Shown: positions 1 through 8,293, counted from the stretch's first letter. The stretch: DNA of 19,782 nucleotides from Pirellulales bacterium (GCA_040901675.1 JBBDYJ010000035.1:277451-297232); one strand, 5' to 3'. The notes: generated by a model not told the origin, from the sequence alone. A program made the numbers and translations.

Positions 1-55
1 GTCCGGCACTTCGTTGTCCGGCACTTCGTTGTCCGGCACTTCGTTGTCCGGCACT
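1..55 (-). repeat. 15-bp coding tandem repeat, (VPDNE)n on the minus strand
   Basis: GTCCGGCACTTCGTT three times plus GTCCGGCACT; cut by the window edge. Confidence 0.97.
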
Positions 56-1038
56 GCCGGCGGGGTGGCGGGTCTCGATGCGGTTCGAGCGGCCGAGGCC
101 TGTTTGGACACTTTGTTCAGGGCCCGCATGAAGGCGCCGCCCAATGTGCTCACGACTCCGGCGGGCGCCTTGGCGGCCGGCGCCGCGCTGGTCTCATCGT
201 CGGGATCGGGGGGAGCCTCATCGGCAGCCGGTTCTTCGACAGCTTCATCTTCGGCTTCATCTTCGGCAGGGGGCTCCTCGGCCGGCGAGTCCTCGGCCTC
301 CGCGTCCCCGACGCCGAACGGGTCGTCGGCGGCGGGAGTCTCCGCTTCGCTGTCGTCTGTAGCCGGCTCGTCGCCGAACGGGTCGTCGGCCGATTCTTCC
401 GGTGCTTCTTCGTCGGCCGGCTCGTCGGGCAGGTTCTCGTCGGGCATCTCTTCGGCCGGCTCGTCGGGCAGGTCGTCATCGGGCATCTCCTCGGCCGGCT
501 CGTCGACGGGCACGTCGTCGACGTCGGCGGGGGTTGGTGCGACGGAGTCGCTCGGCGTGGGCCTGAGCAGCACGTCGGGCTCGGCGCGGCGGATTCGCTC
601 GTAACGCTCGTAGCGCCGCTGCTCGAGGTCCTGAAACGCCAGCAAGCGAGCGTCGCTGCGATAGCGCTCCAGCAGCAGGCGATTGCGCCCCTGCACGCGC
701 TCCAGCGACTTGCTCACGTTGTAAAAACGGTCCGCGTCGGCCACTTCCAGGCGGGCGCCTTCGGCGAAATCGTCGCGGGCTTCCGGGTCGCGGCCCAGCC
801 TGATGTGCGCCAGCCCGCGGAAATAGTAGGCCCGCGGATCCTGGCTGCCGCTATCGATGGCCTTGGACAAGAGCGCGTGCGCTTCGCGGTAGTCACCGGC
901 GAAATAGGCATGCACTCCTTCCCCATACAGTTCGTTCAAGGCACCAGACTGGGCCTTGAGGGGCGTCGCGGACCAATAGGCAATGAGCGACGCCGAAAGC
1001 ATTACCACCCATGCCGCGATCCTTGCACTGCGGAACAT
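1..1038 (-). CDS. Secreted TPR-like protein with long Asp/Glu/Pro-rich tail (3' end outside the window)
   Basis: Hand translation from ATG at 1038, open to base 1 (346 codons): MFRSARIAAWVVMLSASLIAYWSATPLKAQ (signal-peptide-like), then LYGEGVHAYFAGDYREAHALLSKAIDSGSQDPRAYYFRGLAHIRLGRDPEARDDF (TPR-like), then an acidic tail with PDEPAEE, DDPF and VPDNE repeats. Absent from the ORF track because no stop lies in the window. Confidence 0.88.
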   Translation of the reverse strand, partial: MFRSARIAAWVVMLSASLIAYWSATPLKAQSGALNELYGEGVHAYFAGDYREAHALLSKAIDSGSQDPRAYYFRGLAHIRLGRDPEARDDFAEGARLEVADADRFYNVSKSLERVQGRNRLLLERYRSDARLLAFQDLEQRRYERYERIRRAEPDVLLRPTPSDSVAPTPADVDDVPVDEPAEEMPDDDLPDEPAEEMPDENLPDEPADEEAPEESADDPFGDEPATDDSEAETPAADDPFGVGDAEAEDSPAEEPPAEDEAEDEAVEEPAADEAPPDPDDETSAAPAAKAPAGVVSTLGGAFMRALNKVSKQASAARTASRPATPPAVPDNEVPDNEVPDNEVPD

Positions 1039-1121
1039 TTTTCTGGCTCCCTGATCTGGCGAGAAGCACCCCGAGCAGCGTGCGGAATTACACGTCTGCC
1101 GTTTTGCAAAAAAGCAAGGCC

Positions 1122-1150
1122 ATCGTAATTCGCCCCGGAGGCGATTTCAA
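1122..1150 (-). promoter_or_regulatory. Sigma70-like promoter of the TPR gene
   Basis: Minus strand TTGAAA-N17-TACGAT, about 85 bp upstream of ATG 1038. Confidence 0.55.
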
Positions 1151-1182
1151 CAAAAAGCGTTCAACCCCGTTTTGCCGACGCG

Positions 1183-1833
1183 CTATTGTCCCTGGGCGGA
1201 AAGCGGCTTGACCATGACGTTGCGAAACCGCACGACGCTCTTGGGATCGTGCTGCTGGAAGGCAAACAATCCCTTGTTCAAGTTGCGCGGGCCGCTCACT
1301 CCATCCGGCTCGACGTATTCGTACAGTTTCTTGCCGTCGACGAGCATCGTGATCCGCTTCCCTTCGACAAGGATCTCCTGCGTCCACCAGGTGTCGTCCC
1401 GCGCCGGCGACTCGTACAGCTTGACGACGTTGTACAGGCTGCCCGTCTTGACCGGGTCGCCGTGGCTGTTGTTCACTTGCGATTCGTAGCCGAAGCTCGG
1501 CCAGCCTTCCTCCATCCGGCTGTGAAAATAAATGCCCGAGTTGCCCCCCTCGTTGATCATCACCTCGGCCTTGAAGTGGAAGTCCTGGAACTCCTGGTCG
1601 ACGTAGAACAGGTGGCTGCGCTCGCCCTGGCCGACGATCGCTCCGTCCTGGACCGTCCAGTTGTCGGGCAGCTCACTGGCCTTCCAACCTTTGAGCGTCT
1701 TTCCGTCGAACAGCCGAATCCAGCCTTCGGACTGGTCCGCTTGGTCGGGTTGCCGGTCGGATTGGTCGTCGGCCGCCACGGGCAGCGCCACCAGCAGCAA
1801 ACCGATCCATACGAGGCGGCAGGCCTTTTTCAT
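1183..1833 (-). CDS. DUF1080 / 3-keto-disaccharide hydrolase family secreted protein
   Basis: Start MKKACR after GGAGGAG; signal peptide; motifs GWIRLFDGKTLKGW, WTVQDGAI, NSGIYF, YESQV, TGSLYN, G.FAFQQHD, VRFRN. Confidence 0.9.
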   Translation of the reverse strand: MKKACRLVWIGLLLVALPVAADDQSDRQPDQADQSEGWIRLFDGKTLKGWKASELPDNWTVQDGAIVGQGERSHLFYVDQEFQDFHFKAEVMINEGGNSGIYFHSRMEEGWPSFGYESQVNNSHGDPVKTGSLYNVVKLYESPARDDTWWTQEILVEGKRITMLVDGKKLYEYVEPDGVSGPRNLNKGLFAFQQHDPKSVVRFRNVMVKPLSAQGQ

Positions 1834-2027
1834 CGCCGGGCTCCTCCTGGATGATGGATGAGAAATCTCCACTTTAGTTTGACGACCCGGCTGGCACCTG
1901 TAAACGAAAAACTCCGCCCCCCCGTTAAAATTTGCCGCGGAAGGGCTCCCCGCGGGCCGTGTGGGCGAACCGGATGATTGAATTTGACTGGCCGCGACTG
2001 CACACTGTCGCTGAGGAGCCAAAGGCC

Positions 2028-3086
2028 ATGAAACCTCCCAGACCGCTCGCTCGCTACAACCCTGCCCAGACCTACGCCTGGAACTACGACCATGCCCCGC
2101 CTCCCGTCGATGCCGACGTGCCCGCCATGCCGGGCCCGTGGAGCTTTTGCGGCTTCCAGATCGGCTCGCCGCTGGGTATCGCCGCCGGGCCGCTGTTGAA
2201 TGGCGGCTGGGTGCGATACTATGCCAGCCTGGGCTTCGACGTGCTGACTTACAAGACGGTCCGCACCGTCCGGCGCGACTGCTATCGGCTGCCCAACCTG
2301 CTGCCGGTGCGTTGCGGCCAGTTGCACGGCGGCGAAACGCGGATCCCCGCCTCCGACGAACCGAGCGGCAGTTGGGCCGTCTCGTTCGGGATGCCGTCCA
2401 AGCCGCCGGGGGTCTGGCGCGCCGACATCGAGGCCACGCGCGGCAAGCTGCCGGCGCGCAAGGTGCTCTCGGTTTCGGTGGTGGGCACCGTCCAGGAGGG
2501 TTGGTCGATCGACGACCTGGCCGGCGACTATGCCCGCGCCGCGGTCTGGGCCGTCGAGAGCGGGGCCGACGTCATCGAGGCCAATTTCTCCTGCCCGAAC
2601 GTGAGCACCCGCGACGGCCAGTTGTACCAGCAGCCCGAATCGGCCGCATTGGTTGCTGCGCTGCTCCGGCAACAGATCGGTCACGTGCCGCTGGTCCTGA
2701 AGATCGGGCGGCTGTCCGGCGAGCCCGAAGCGGCCGCACTGGTCGAAGCGGTCGCCCAGTTCGCCGACGCGCTGAGCATGACCAACAGCGTGGCCGCCAC
2801 CGTTGTTTCCAGCCAGGGCGAGCTGTTGTTCGGCGGCGAGAAGCGCGGAATCTGCGGCGCGGCCATCCGCGATGCTTCTCGCCGGCAGACCGCGATGGTG
2901 GCCCGCGTGATCCGCGAGCGCAATCTCGCCTTGCAGTTGATCGGCGTGGGGGGCGCCGGCACCGCGGCCGACGTGCGGGATTACCAGCGAGCCGGCGCCG
3001 AGACGGTCCACCTGGCGACCGCCGCCATGCTCGATCCGGCGGTCGGAATTCAGATCCGCCGCCAGTGGGCCGCGGCGCCCGATTGA
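2028..3086 (+). CDS. Dihydroorotate dehydrogenase / dihydropyrimidine dehydrogenase-like FMN enzyme
   Basis: SPLGIAAGPL, TYKT, EANFSCPN (class 1-type catalytic Cys loop), LVLKIG, TNS, GICG, IGVGG; GAGGAG before ATG 2028. Substrate uncertain. Confidence 0.8.
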   Translation: MKPPRPLARYNPAQTYAWNYDHAPPPVDADVPAMPGPWSFCGFQIGSPLGIAAGPLLNGGWVRYYASLGFDVLTYKTVRTVRRDCYRLPNLLPVRCGQLHGGETRIPASDEPSGSWAVSFGMPSKPPGVWRADIEATRGKLPARKVLSVSVVGTVQEGWSIDDLAGDYARAAVWAVESGADVIEANFSCPNVSTRDGQLYQQPESAALVAALLRQQIGHVPLVLKIGRLSGEPEAAALVEAVAQFADALSMTNSVAATVVSSQGELLFGGEKRGICGAAIRDASRRQTAMVARVIRERNLALQLIGVGGAGTAADVRDYQRAGAETVHLATAAMLDPAVGIQIRRQWAAAPD

Positions 3087-3110
3087 CCGCCGATTCTATT
3101 TTATTAGAAT
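3083..3110 (+). promoter_or_regulatory. Sigma70-like promoter of the BlaI gene with overlapping palindrome
   Basis: TTGACC-N16-TAGAAT; inverted repeat ATTCTA-N6-TAGAAT at 3093-3110. Confidence 0.6.
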
Positions 3111-3162
3111 TCGTCTTGAAACGTGGGGCAAACTGCTTCCGCGCCACGATCCCCAAACGGCC

Positions 3163-3570
3163 ATGCCCCGGCCCGCGACCAAGCAACCGACCGACGGTGA
3201 ACTGGAACTGCTGAAGCTGCTTTGGGAAGCCGGCCCAGCCGAGCTGGGCCGGATCTGCGCGGCACTGCGCCGGAAGCGCCCGGTGGCCACCACCACCGTG
3301 GCCACGATGCTCAAGGTGATGTTGAACAAGGGGCTGGTCGAGCGGACCAGGCGACCCGGCGGTTATCTCTGGTCGGCCAAGGCCGCTCCCGAGGCCACGC
3401 GGAGAGGATTGCTGGAAAGGCTGATCGACCGGGTCTTCGAGGGCTCGGCCAGCATGCTGGTGGCCCATCTGATCGATGTCGAAGGGCTTTCGGAGGCGGA
3501 GCTCAACGAGATTCGTGCGCTGATCGAGGCGAAGACGAGCGGACCGGCCGAAGCGGGACCGCCGAGCTGA
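3163..3570 (+). CDS. BlaI/MecI/CopY family transcriptional repressor
   Basis: PTDGELELLKLLW, VATTTVATMLKVMLNKGLVER, LIDRVFEGSASMLVAHL, LSEAELNEIRALI. Confidence 0.93.
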   Translation: MPRPATKQPTDGELELLKLLWEAGPAELGRICAALRRKRPVATTTVATMLKVMLNKGLVERTRRPGGYLWSAKAAPEATRRGLLERLIDRVFEGSASMLVAHLIDVEGLSEAELNEIRALIEAKTSGPAEAGPPS

Positions 3571-3571
3571 A

Positions 3572-3773
3572 GCGGCGCGGACAACCCAGCCACCCAGTGG
3601 GCCGCGAGGGAAGCGACTCCTCACTGATTGTCCGTGCCGCCCAAAGCGTCAGCGGTCCCGATTCGAACCGATCTGTGCACTCACGTCCGGCGGGCGGGAC
3701 CCCTCGTCCATCCCGCCAGACGCCCAGCCACATTGGCTGCGCTTGCGGCGAGTCTCCCACTTGCCGCAAGCAC
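3572..3773. ncRNA. Candidate structured non-coding RNA (five consecutive stem-loops), family and strand unknown
   Basis: Stems GCGGCGCGGACAA/TTGTCCGTGCCGC, CGGT/ACCG, CGTCCGGCGGG..GGAC/GTCC..CCCGCCAGACG, CAGCCA/TGGCTG, GCTTGCGGCGAGT/ACTTGCCGCAAGC; no credible ORF. Confidence 0.35.
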
Positions 3774-3902
3774 ACCCTATTCATCGAAATCCGAAAGCTC
3801 GGGTCTTATCAAAAAAGTCGGCCGGGAGTGTCCTTCCTGCCGCGCCCGCCCAGATTGAAACGCCTGCGGCGATTGTGATGGTTGTGACGGGCGGCAGTGG
3901 AA

Positions 3903-4346
3903 AAGGAGGAAGGAAGGAAGAGGGGAAGGCGAGAGCGGGGGAAGGGGGGACAGAAGGTCCGCCGGAGGTGGACCTCTTGCCTTCTGACCTCTGACCTCCG
4001 ACTTCTGACGAAAACTGGGGCACGCTACGACTCGACTGAGCTCGCCGAAGTCCGCTTTGCCCCAGGCACCCAGTGACGGGCGGTGGAAGGCAGAAGGCAG
4101 AAGGCAGAATAGCAACACGGAGGGAACGACCGCTGGGGCACGCCTCTTGAAGAGGCTCGAGGCCCTCGAGAGCCACCGCTGTGCCACTAGGCACCCGCGC
4201 GGGGCGAAGGAAAACTGGGGCACGCTACGACTCGACTGAGCTCGCGACTCGACTGAGCTCGCCGAAGTCCGAAGTCCGCTTTGCCACCAGGCACCCGGCA
4301 CCCAGCACCCAGCGCGTTTCCTACTCCTCCTTCTGCCTTCCTCCTT
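3903..4346. repeat. Composite MITE/BIME-like repeat cluster, expanded copy with three host palindromes and heptamer arrays
   Basis: 11-bp terminal inverted repeat AAGGAGGAAGG/CCTTCCTCCTT; host palindromes at 4010-4071, 4133-4196, 4210-4296; heptamer runs TCTGACC, GAAGGCA, (G/A)GCACCC; colinear with the reverse complement of 8293-8470. Confidence 0.85.
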
Positions 4347-5089
4347 CAGCCCTCCTCGTCGCTTTCGCCGCCGGCGCTGACGAAGCGGTAACCGGCGCCG
4401 CGGACGCTGAGAAAATGCCGCGGCCGGGCGGCGTCCTCTTCGAAATACTTGCGCAAGCGGACGATGAAGTTGTCGACGGTGCGAGTGTTTTCGATGTTCG
4501 GTTGCCGCCAGACCCGCTCCAGCAGCTCGCCGCGGCTGACGACCCGCCCCTCGTTCTCGATGAAGTAACGCAGCAGCTTCATTTCCATGGGGGTCAAACG
4601 CAGCTCATCCTCGCCCACGGTCACTTCGTAGGTGTCGAAATTGACGCGTGCGCGGCCGAATTCGTAGCAAGTGCCGGCCAGCTTGCCTGGCGCCTGCGAG
4701 CCGTCGCGCCGCCGCCGGCTGAGCAGGTTGCGGACCATGGCCAGCAGCTCGTCCAGGTCGAACGGTTTTTGCAGATACTGATCGGCCCCCACGTCGTAGC
4801 CGCGGATGCGGTCCTCGGCCAGCGTCCGGGCGCTGAGCATCAGGACCGGCACCTCGTTGCCCGCCTGGCGCACCGCCTCGCACACGGCGTAACCGCTCAT
4901 CCCAGGCAGCATCAGGTCCAGGATCACCAGGTCGAAACGCGCGGGATCCTCGGAAATCATCCGCAGGGCCGTGGGGCCATCCTGGGCGAGACTCGCCGTG
5001 TAGCCCTCGGCCTCCAGGTTGTAGCGGATGCCGATGGCCAGATGCCCCTCGTCCTCGACCACCAGCACGTGCTTTGCGTCGTCTGCCAT
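4346..5089 (-). CDS. OmpR/PhoB family response regulator
   Basis: Start MADDAKHVLVVEDE; DLVILDLMLPGMSG, GADQYLQKPF; winged helix LTPMEMKLLRYF..TRTVDNFIVRLRK..SVRGAGYRF. Confidence 0.95.
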   Translation of the reverse strand: MADDAKHVLVVEDEGHLAIGIRYNLEAEGYTASLAQDGPTALRMISEDPARFDLVILDLMLPGMSGYAVCEAVRQAGNEVPVLMLSARTLAEDRIRGYDVGADQYLQKPFDLDELLAMVRNLLSRRRRDGSQAPGKLAGTCYEFGRARVNFDTYEVTVGEDELRLTPMEMKLLRYFIENEGRVVSRGELLERVWRQPNIENTRTVDNFIVRLRKYFEEDAARPRHFLSVRGAGYRFVSAGGESDEEG

Positions 5090-5127
5090 ATACTGCCAAG
5101 CATCCACGAAACCCGCGGCGCGGACAA

Positions 5128-6054
5128 TCAGGTGGGCGCGGCCACGCTCTCCACCGGGTCGCTCGGCTGCTCGACAAGTTGCCGGCCAGGCAGCTCGACT
5201 TCGAAGACGGTGCCGGGATGCGGGCCGCGGCCGCGGACCGTGATGCTGCCCCGCATCCGCTTCACCAGGGTCCGCACGATGAACAACCCCAGACCGGTGC
5301 CCGTCTGCGCGCGTTCCAGCTCGCTGCCCAAGCGCACGAAGCGGCCGAAGATCTTGCGGCGCAGCTTGGCTGGGATGCCGGGCCCATTGTCGGCGATCCG
5401 CGTGATCACCTGGCCGCGCCCGTTGGCCCACGACTGCACGGTGACCTGCGCCTGGGGTCCCGCGTACTTGACGGCGTTGTCGATCAGGTTGCGAAACACC
5501 ATCTCCACGTCGATCATCCGTGCGCGGACGACGCTGGGGGCCGCCTCCAGCAAAACGGTCTCCGGCGGCAGCCGGTGCCGCGAGCAGACGGTCTGGGCGC
5601 AGTTCTCCAGCACCGGCTGCAGGGGAACCTCCACCACTTCGTTGTCCAGCGGCAACTGCTCCAGCCGGGCGGCGTCGAGCATGTGGTTGATCAGCGTATC
5701 GAGACGGTCGAGGTCTTCCAGCATGAAGCGGTAGAAATCGGCTTGCTGCTCCTCGGTGACGCTGCGCCGCGCAAGAGTCTGCAGGTACAGCTTCAGCGAG
5801 GCGATAGGGCTCTTGAGCTCGTGCGTCACGCTGTCGATGAAGTTTGCCTGCCGCTGGTTCAGGCTGATCTGCTTGACCGAGATTGTCAGGTACAAAATCA
5901 CGCCCACCAGCACCAGCACCAAAAACGTGGTGCCGGTGGCCAGCAGCGTCCAGTACCGCAGGGCCAAAAGCACCCAGCCGATGATCAGCGCCACCAACAG
6001 CACGATCATCACCACGCCCAGCGTGATCGGCCAGCCCAAGCTTCGGCGCGGCAT
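5128..6054 (-). CDS. Membrane sensor histidine kinase (2 TM, HisKA, HATPase_c)
   Basis: Start MPRRSLGW; two adjacent hydrophobic helices; H-box SVTHELKSPI, N-box NLIDNAVKY, DNGPGI, GTGLGL. Confidence 0.95.
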   Translation of the reverse strand: MPRRSLGWPITLGVVMIVLLVALIIGWVLLALRYWTLLATGTTFLVLVLVGVILYLTISVKQISLNQRQANFIDSVTHELKSPIASLKLYLQTLARRSVTEEQQADFYRFMLEDLDRLDTLINHMLDAARLEQLPLDNEVVEVPLQPVLENCAQTVCSRHRLPPETVLLEAAPSVVRARMIDVEMVFRNLIDNAVKYAGPQAQVTVQSWANGRGQVITRIADNGPGIPAKLRRKIFGRFVRLGSELERAQTGTGLGLFIVRTLVKRMRGSITVRGRGPHPGTVFEVELPGRQLVEQPSDPVESVAAPT

Positions 6055-6177
6055 CGACGGCAACTCCTTCTCCCACAGCCCCAATTTTGAGCCTATCCGC
6101 GGCGGCCCGCCAGTCAAGCTGGCCGCGAGTTTTCGGCCTGGGCGAAATCCGCCCCGCATGCCGCTACAATCGAGCCC

Positions 6178-7359
6178 ATGCCGCAAGTTGTTCTCAGACC
6201 GCGCAAAGCGCGGCCATTTCACGGCCGGCACCCCTGGGTGCTCGATTCGGCCATCGAACGCGTCGAGGGCGAACCGGCCAACGGCGACGTGGTCGACCTG
6301 GTCAGCGACCGGGGGCAGTGGCTGGCCCGCGGCGTTTTCAACGGCCGCAGCCGGATCCGTGTCCGCCTCTACACCTGGACCGAAAGCGAGAACCTGGACG
6401 AGGCGTTTTGGCGCCGCCGGCTGGAGGCGGCGCTGCGATGGCGAGAGCGCTGGCTGGGCGCCGACGACGCCGCGGTCCGCCTGGTTTACAGCGAGGCCGA
6501 CGGTCTGAGCGGCCTGGTCGTCGATCGTTACGCCGGCCACCTGGTGCTGGAGGTGACGGCCCTGGCCATCGCGGCACGCCTGGACACGATCAAGCCGATC
6601 GTGGCCGATCTGGCCCGCCCGCGCGGCATCGTGCTGCGGACCGAGCGCGGCGCCGTCAAGCTCGAGGGGATCGAGCTGCTGGAGGGGACCATCTGGGGCG
6701 AGCCGCCGGCAGGGCCCGTGTTCGTCAGCGAGCATGGCATTCGCTACGGCGTGGACCTGGAGGCGGGACAGAAGACCGGTTTTTACCTGGACCAGCGCGA
6801 CAATCGCAAGGCGGCCGCGGGCTACGTGCAGGGCCGGCGGCTGCTCGACCTGTTCTGCTACAGCGGAGGGTTCGCGCTGTGCGGCAAGCTGCTGGGCGGC
6901 GCCGCCGAGGTGTGGGGCATCGACACCAGCGCCAAGGCGATCGCGCTGGCCAAGGCCAATGCCGAGTTGAACGGGGCCTCGCAAGTCCGCTTCGACGTGG
7001 GCGACGTGTTCCAGTCGCTCGAGTCGCTGCTGTCCGAGAATCAGCGCTTCGGCGCCGTGGTGCTCGACCCGCCCAAGTTCGCCCGCAACCGCCAGGCGGT
7101 CGAGCAGGCGCTGCGGGCTTACCACCAGTTGAACCGGATGGCGGTCGAGCTGCTCGAGCCCGACGGCATCCTGGTCACGTGCAGTTGCTCGGGGCACGTA
7201 AGCCGCGAGGATTTTCTGCACCTGCTGGCCGGCGTGTCGCAACGGACCGGCCGGCAGATCCAAGTGCTCGAGCAGCGCGGCGCCGCCGCCGACCACCCGG
7301 TGAGCGCCACCTGCCTGGAGACCGAGTATCTGAAATGTTTCATCTGCCGCGTGGTCTGA
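6178..7359 (+). CDS. rlmI: RlmI-like class I SAM-dependent rRNA m5C methyltransferase
   Basis: GRHPWV (PUA-like), SEADGLSGLVVDRY, GQKTGFYLDQRDNR, LDLFCYSGGF, LDPPKFA, TCSCS, DHP..ETEYLK. Confidence 0.88.
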   Translation: MPQVVLRPRKARPFHGRHPWVLDSAIERVEGEPANGDVVDLVSDRGQWLARGVFNGRSRIRVRLYTWTESENLDEAFWRRRLEAALRWRERWLGADDAAVRLVYSEADGLSGLVVDRYAGHLVLEVTALAIAARLDTIKPIVADLARPRGIVLRTERGAVKLEGIELLEGTIWGEPPAGPVFVSEHGIRYGVDLEAGQKTGFYLDQRDNRKAAAGYVQGRRLLDLFCYSGGFALCGKLLGGAAEVWGIDTSAKAIALAKANAELNGASQVRFDVGDVFQSLESLLSENQRFGAVVLDPPKFARNRQAVEQALRAYHQLNRMAVELLEPDGILVTCSCSGHVSREDFLHLLAGVSQRTGRQIQVLEQRGAAADHPVSATCLETEYLKCFICRVV

Positions 7360-7411
7360 ATCCTGAATCAATACCTTCCCGCACGCCCGATTCGCCTGCC
7401 GGAGGAGCCAC

Positions 7412-8293
7412 ATGAAGCGCCTGCCGATCGGACCTCTGTACTATGAATTCAGCCGCCACAACGAGCCGCGGATCAGGATCCAGCCCGGCGAAACGCTGCT
7501 CGTCGAGTCGCAGGACGCCTTCTCCGGCCAGATCCGCACCAACGACGACCGCCGCGACAAAAGCAAGATCCCCTTCGGCAACCCGCAGACCGGTCCCATC
7601 TGGGTCGAGGGGGCCGAGCCGGGCGACGCCTTGGCCGTGACCATCCACGAAATCCGCCCCAGCCTGGGTGCCTGCTACACGCGGACCAGCGACCCCAAGC
7701 AGCTCGCCGAGTGGCTCGGCGGCGACTGCCCGCATGGCACGCACGTCTGTCCCATCCGCGACGGCCTGGTGTACTGGAGCGATTCGATCACGATCCCCTA
7801 CGCTCCCATGCTCGGCTGCATCGGCACGGCGCCGGCCACCGGCGTGCCGACCACGGGACCTGCCGGCCCGCACGGCGGCAACATGGACATCATCGAGACC
7901 TGCCCCGGCAACACGGTCTTCCTGCCGGTCTATGCACGCGGCGGCTACCTGTACCTGGGCGACGCCCACGCGGCCATGGGACATGGCGAGCTATCGGCCA
8001 GCGGCCTGGAGATGCCGGCCGAGACCGTGATCACCGTCGACCTGGTCAAGAACAAGCGGCTGGCTGGCCCGCGCATCGAGGCGCCCGACGAGATCATGAC
8101 CATCGCCACCGGCTGTCCCATGGAGCGCGCCGTTGCCGAAGCATACGCGCGGTTGATCCTCTGGATGGAAGAGGAATATGGTTGGCAGCGCTGGAAGGCC
8201 TACGACCTGTTGACGCACGCCGGCCGCATCTCGGTGGGCTATTACGCCATCGGCACCGTAGCCGCCAAGATCGCCAAGCGCTACTTGAAATAA
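7412..8293 (+). CDS. Acetamidase/formamidase family protein
   Basis: NPQTGPIWVEGAEPGD, PMLGCIGTAP, HGGNMD, GDAHAAMGHGE; GGAGG RBS. Confidence 0.92.
   Translation: MKRLPIGPLYYEFSRHNEPRIRIQPGETLLVESQDAFSGQIRTNDDRRDKSKIPFGNPQTGPIWVEGAEPGDALAVTIHEIRPSLGACYTRTSDPKQLAEWLGGDCPHGTHVCPIRDGLVYWSDSITIPYAPMLGCIGTAPATGVPTTGPAGPHGGNMDIIETCPGNTVFLPVYARGGYLYLGDAHAAMGHGELSASGLEMPAETVITVDLVKNKRLAGPRIEAPDEIMTIATGCPMERAVAEAYARLILWMEEEYGWQRWKAYDLLTHAGRISVGYYAIGTVAAKIAKRYLK

Noticed and set aside
14..604. 196-aa Ser-rich plus-strand ORF
   Set aside because: Antisense of the acidic tail of the minus-strand TPR gene.
3650..3680. tRNA/tmRNA suggested by GGTTCGAATC on the minus strand
   Set aside because: No 5-bp T-stem, no acceptor stem or CCA, no cloverleaf.
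4010..4296. CRISPR array
   Set aside because: Only three units, with variable internal content, irregular spacing, dispersed copies in both orientations, and no cas genes.
3743..4301. Short ORFs across the repeat cluster
   Set aside because: They translate palindromes and heptamer runs; the same peptide (RRAQSSRSVPQFS) recurs in the ORF over the 19634-19738 repeats for that reason.
5090..6076. N-terminal extension making the response regulator 576 aa (kinase-regulator fusion or frameshift)
   Set aside because: The extension is an alternate frame of the intact histidine kinase gene; both genes have their own start and stop.
6055..7413. N-terminal extension making the histidine kinase 761 aa
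   Set aside because: It is the antisense of rlmI; the credible start is just before the TM helices at 6054.
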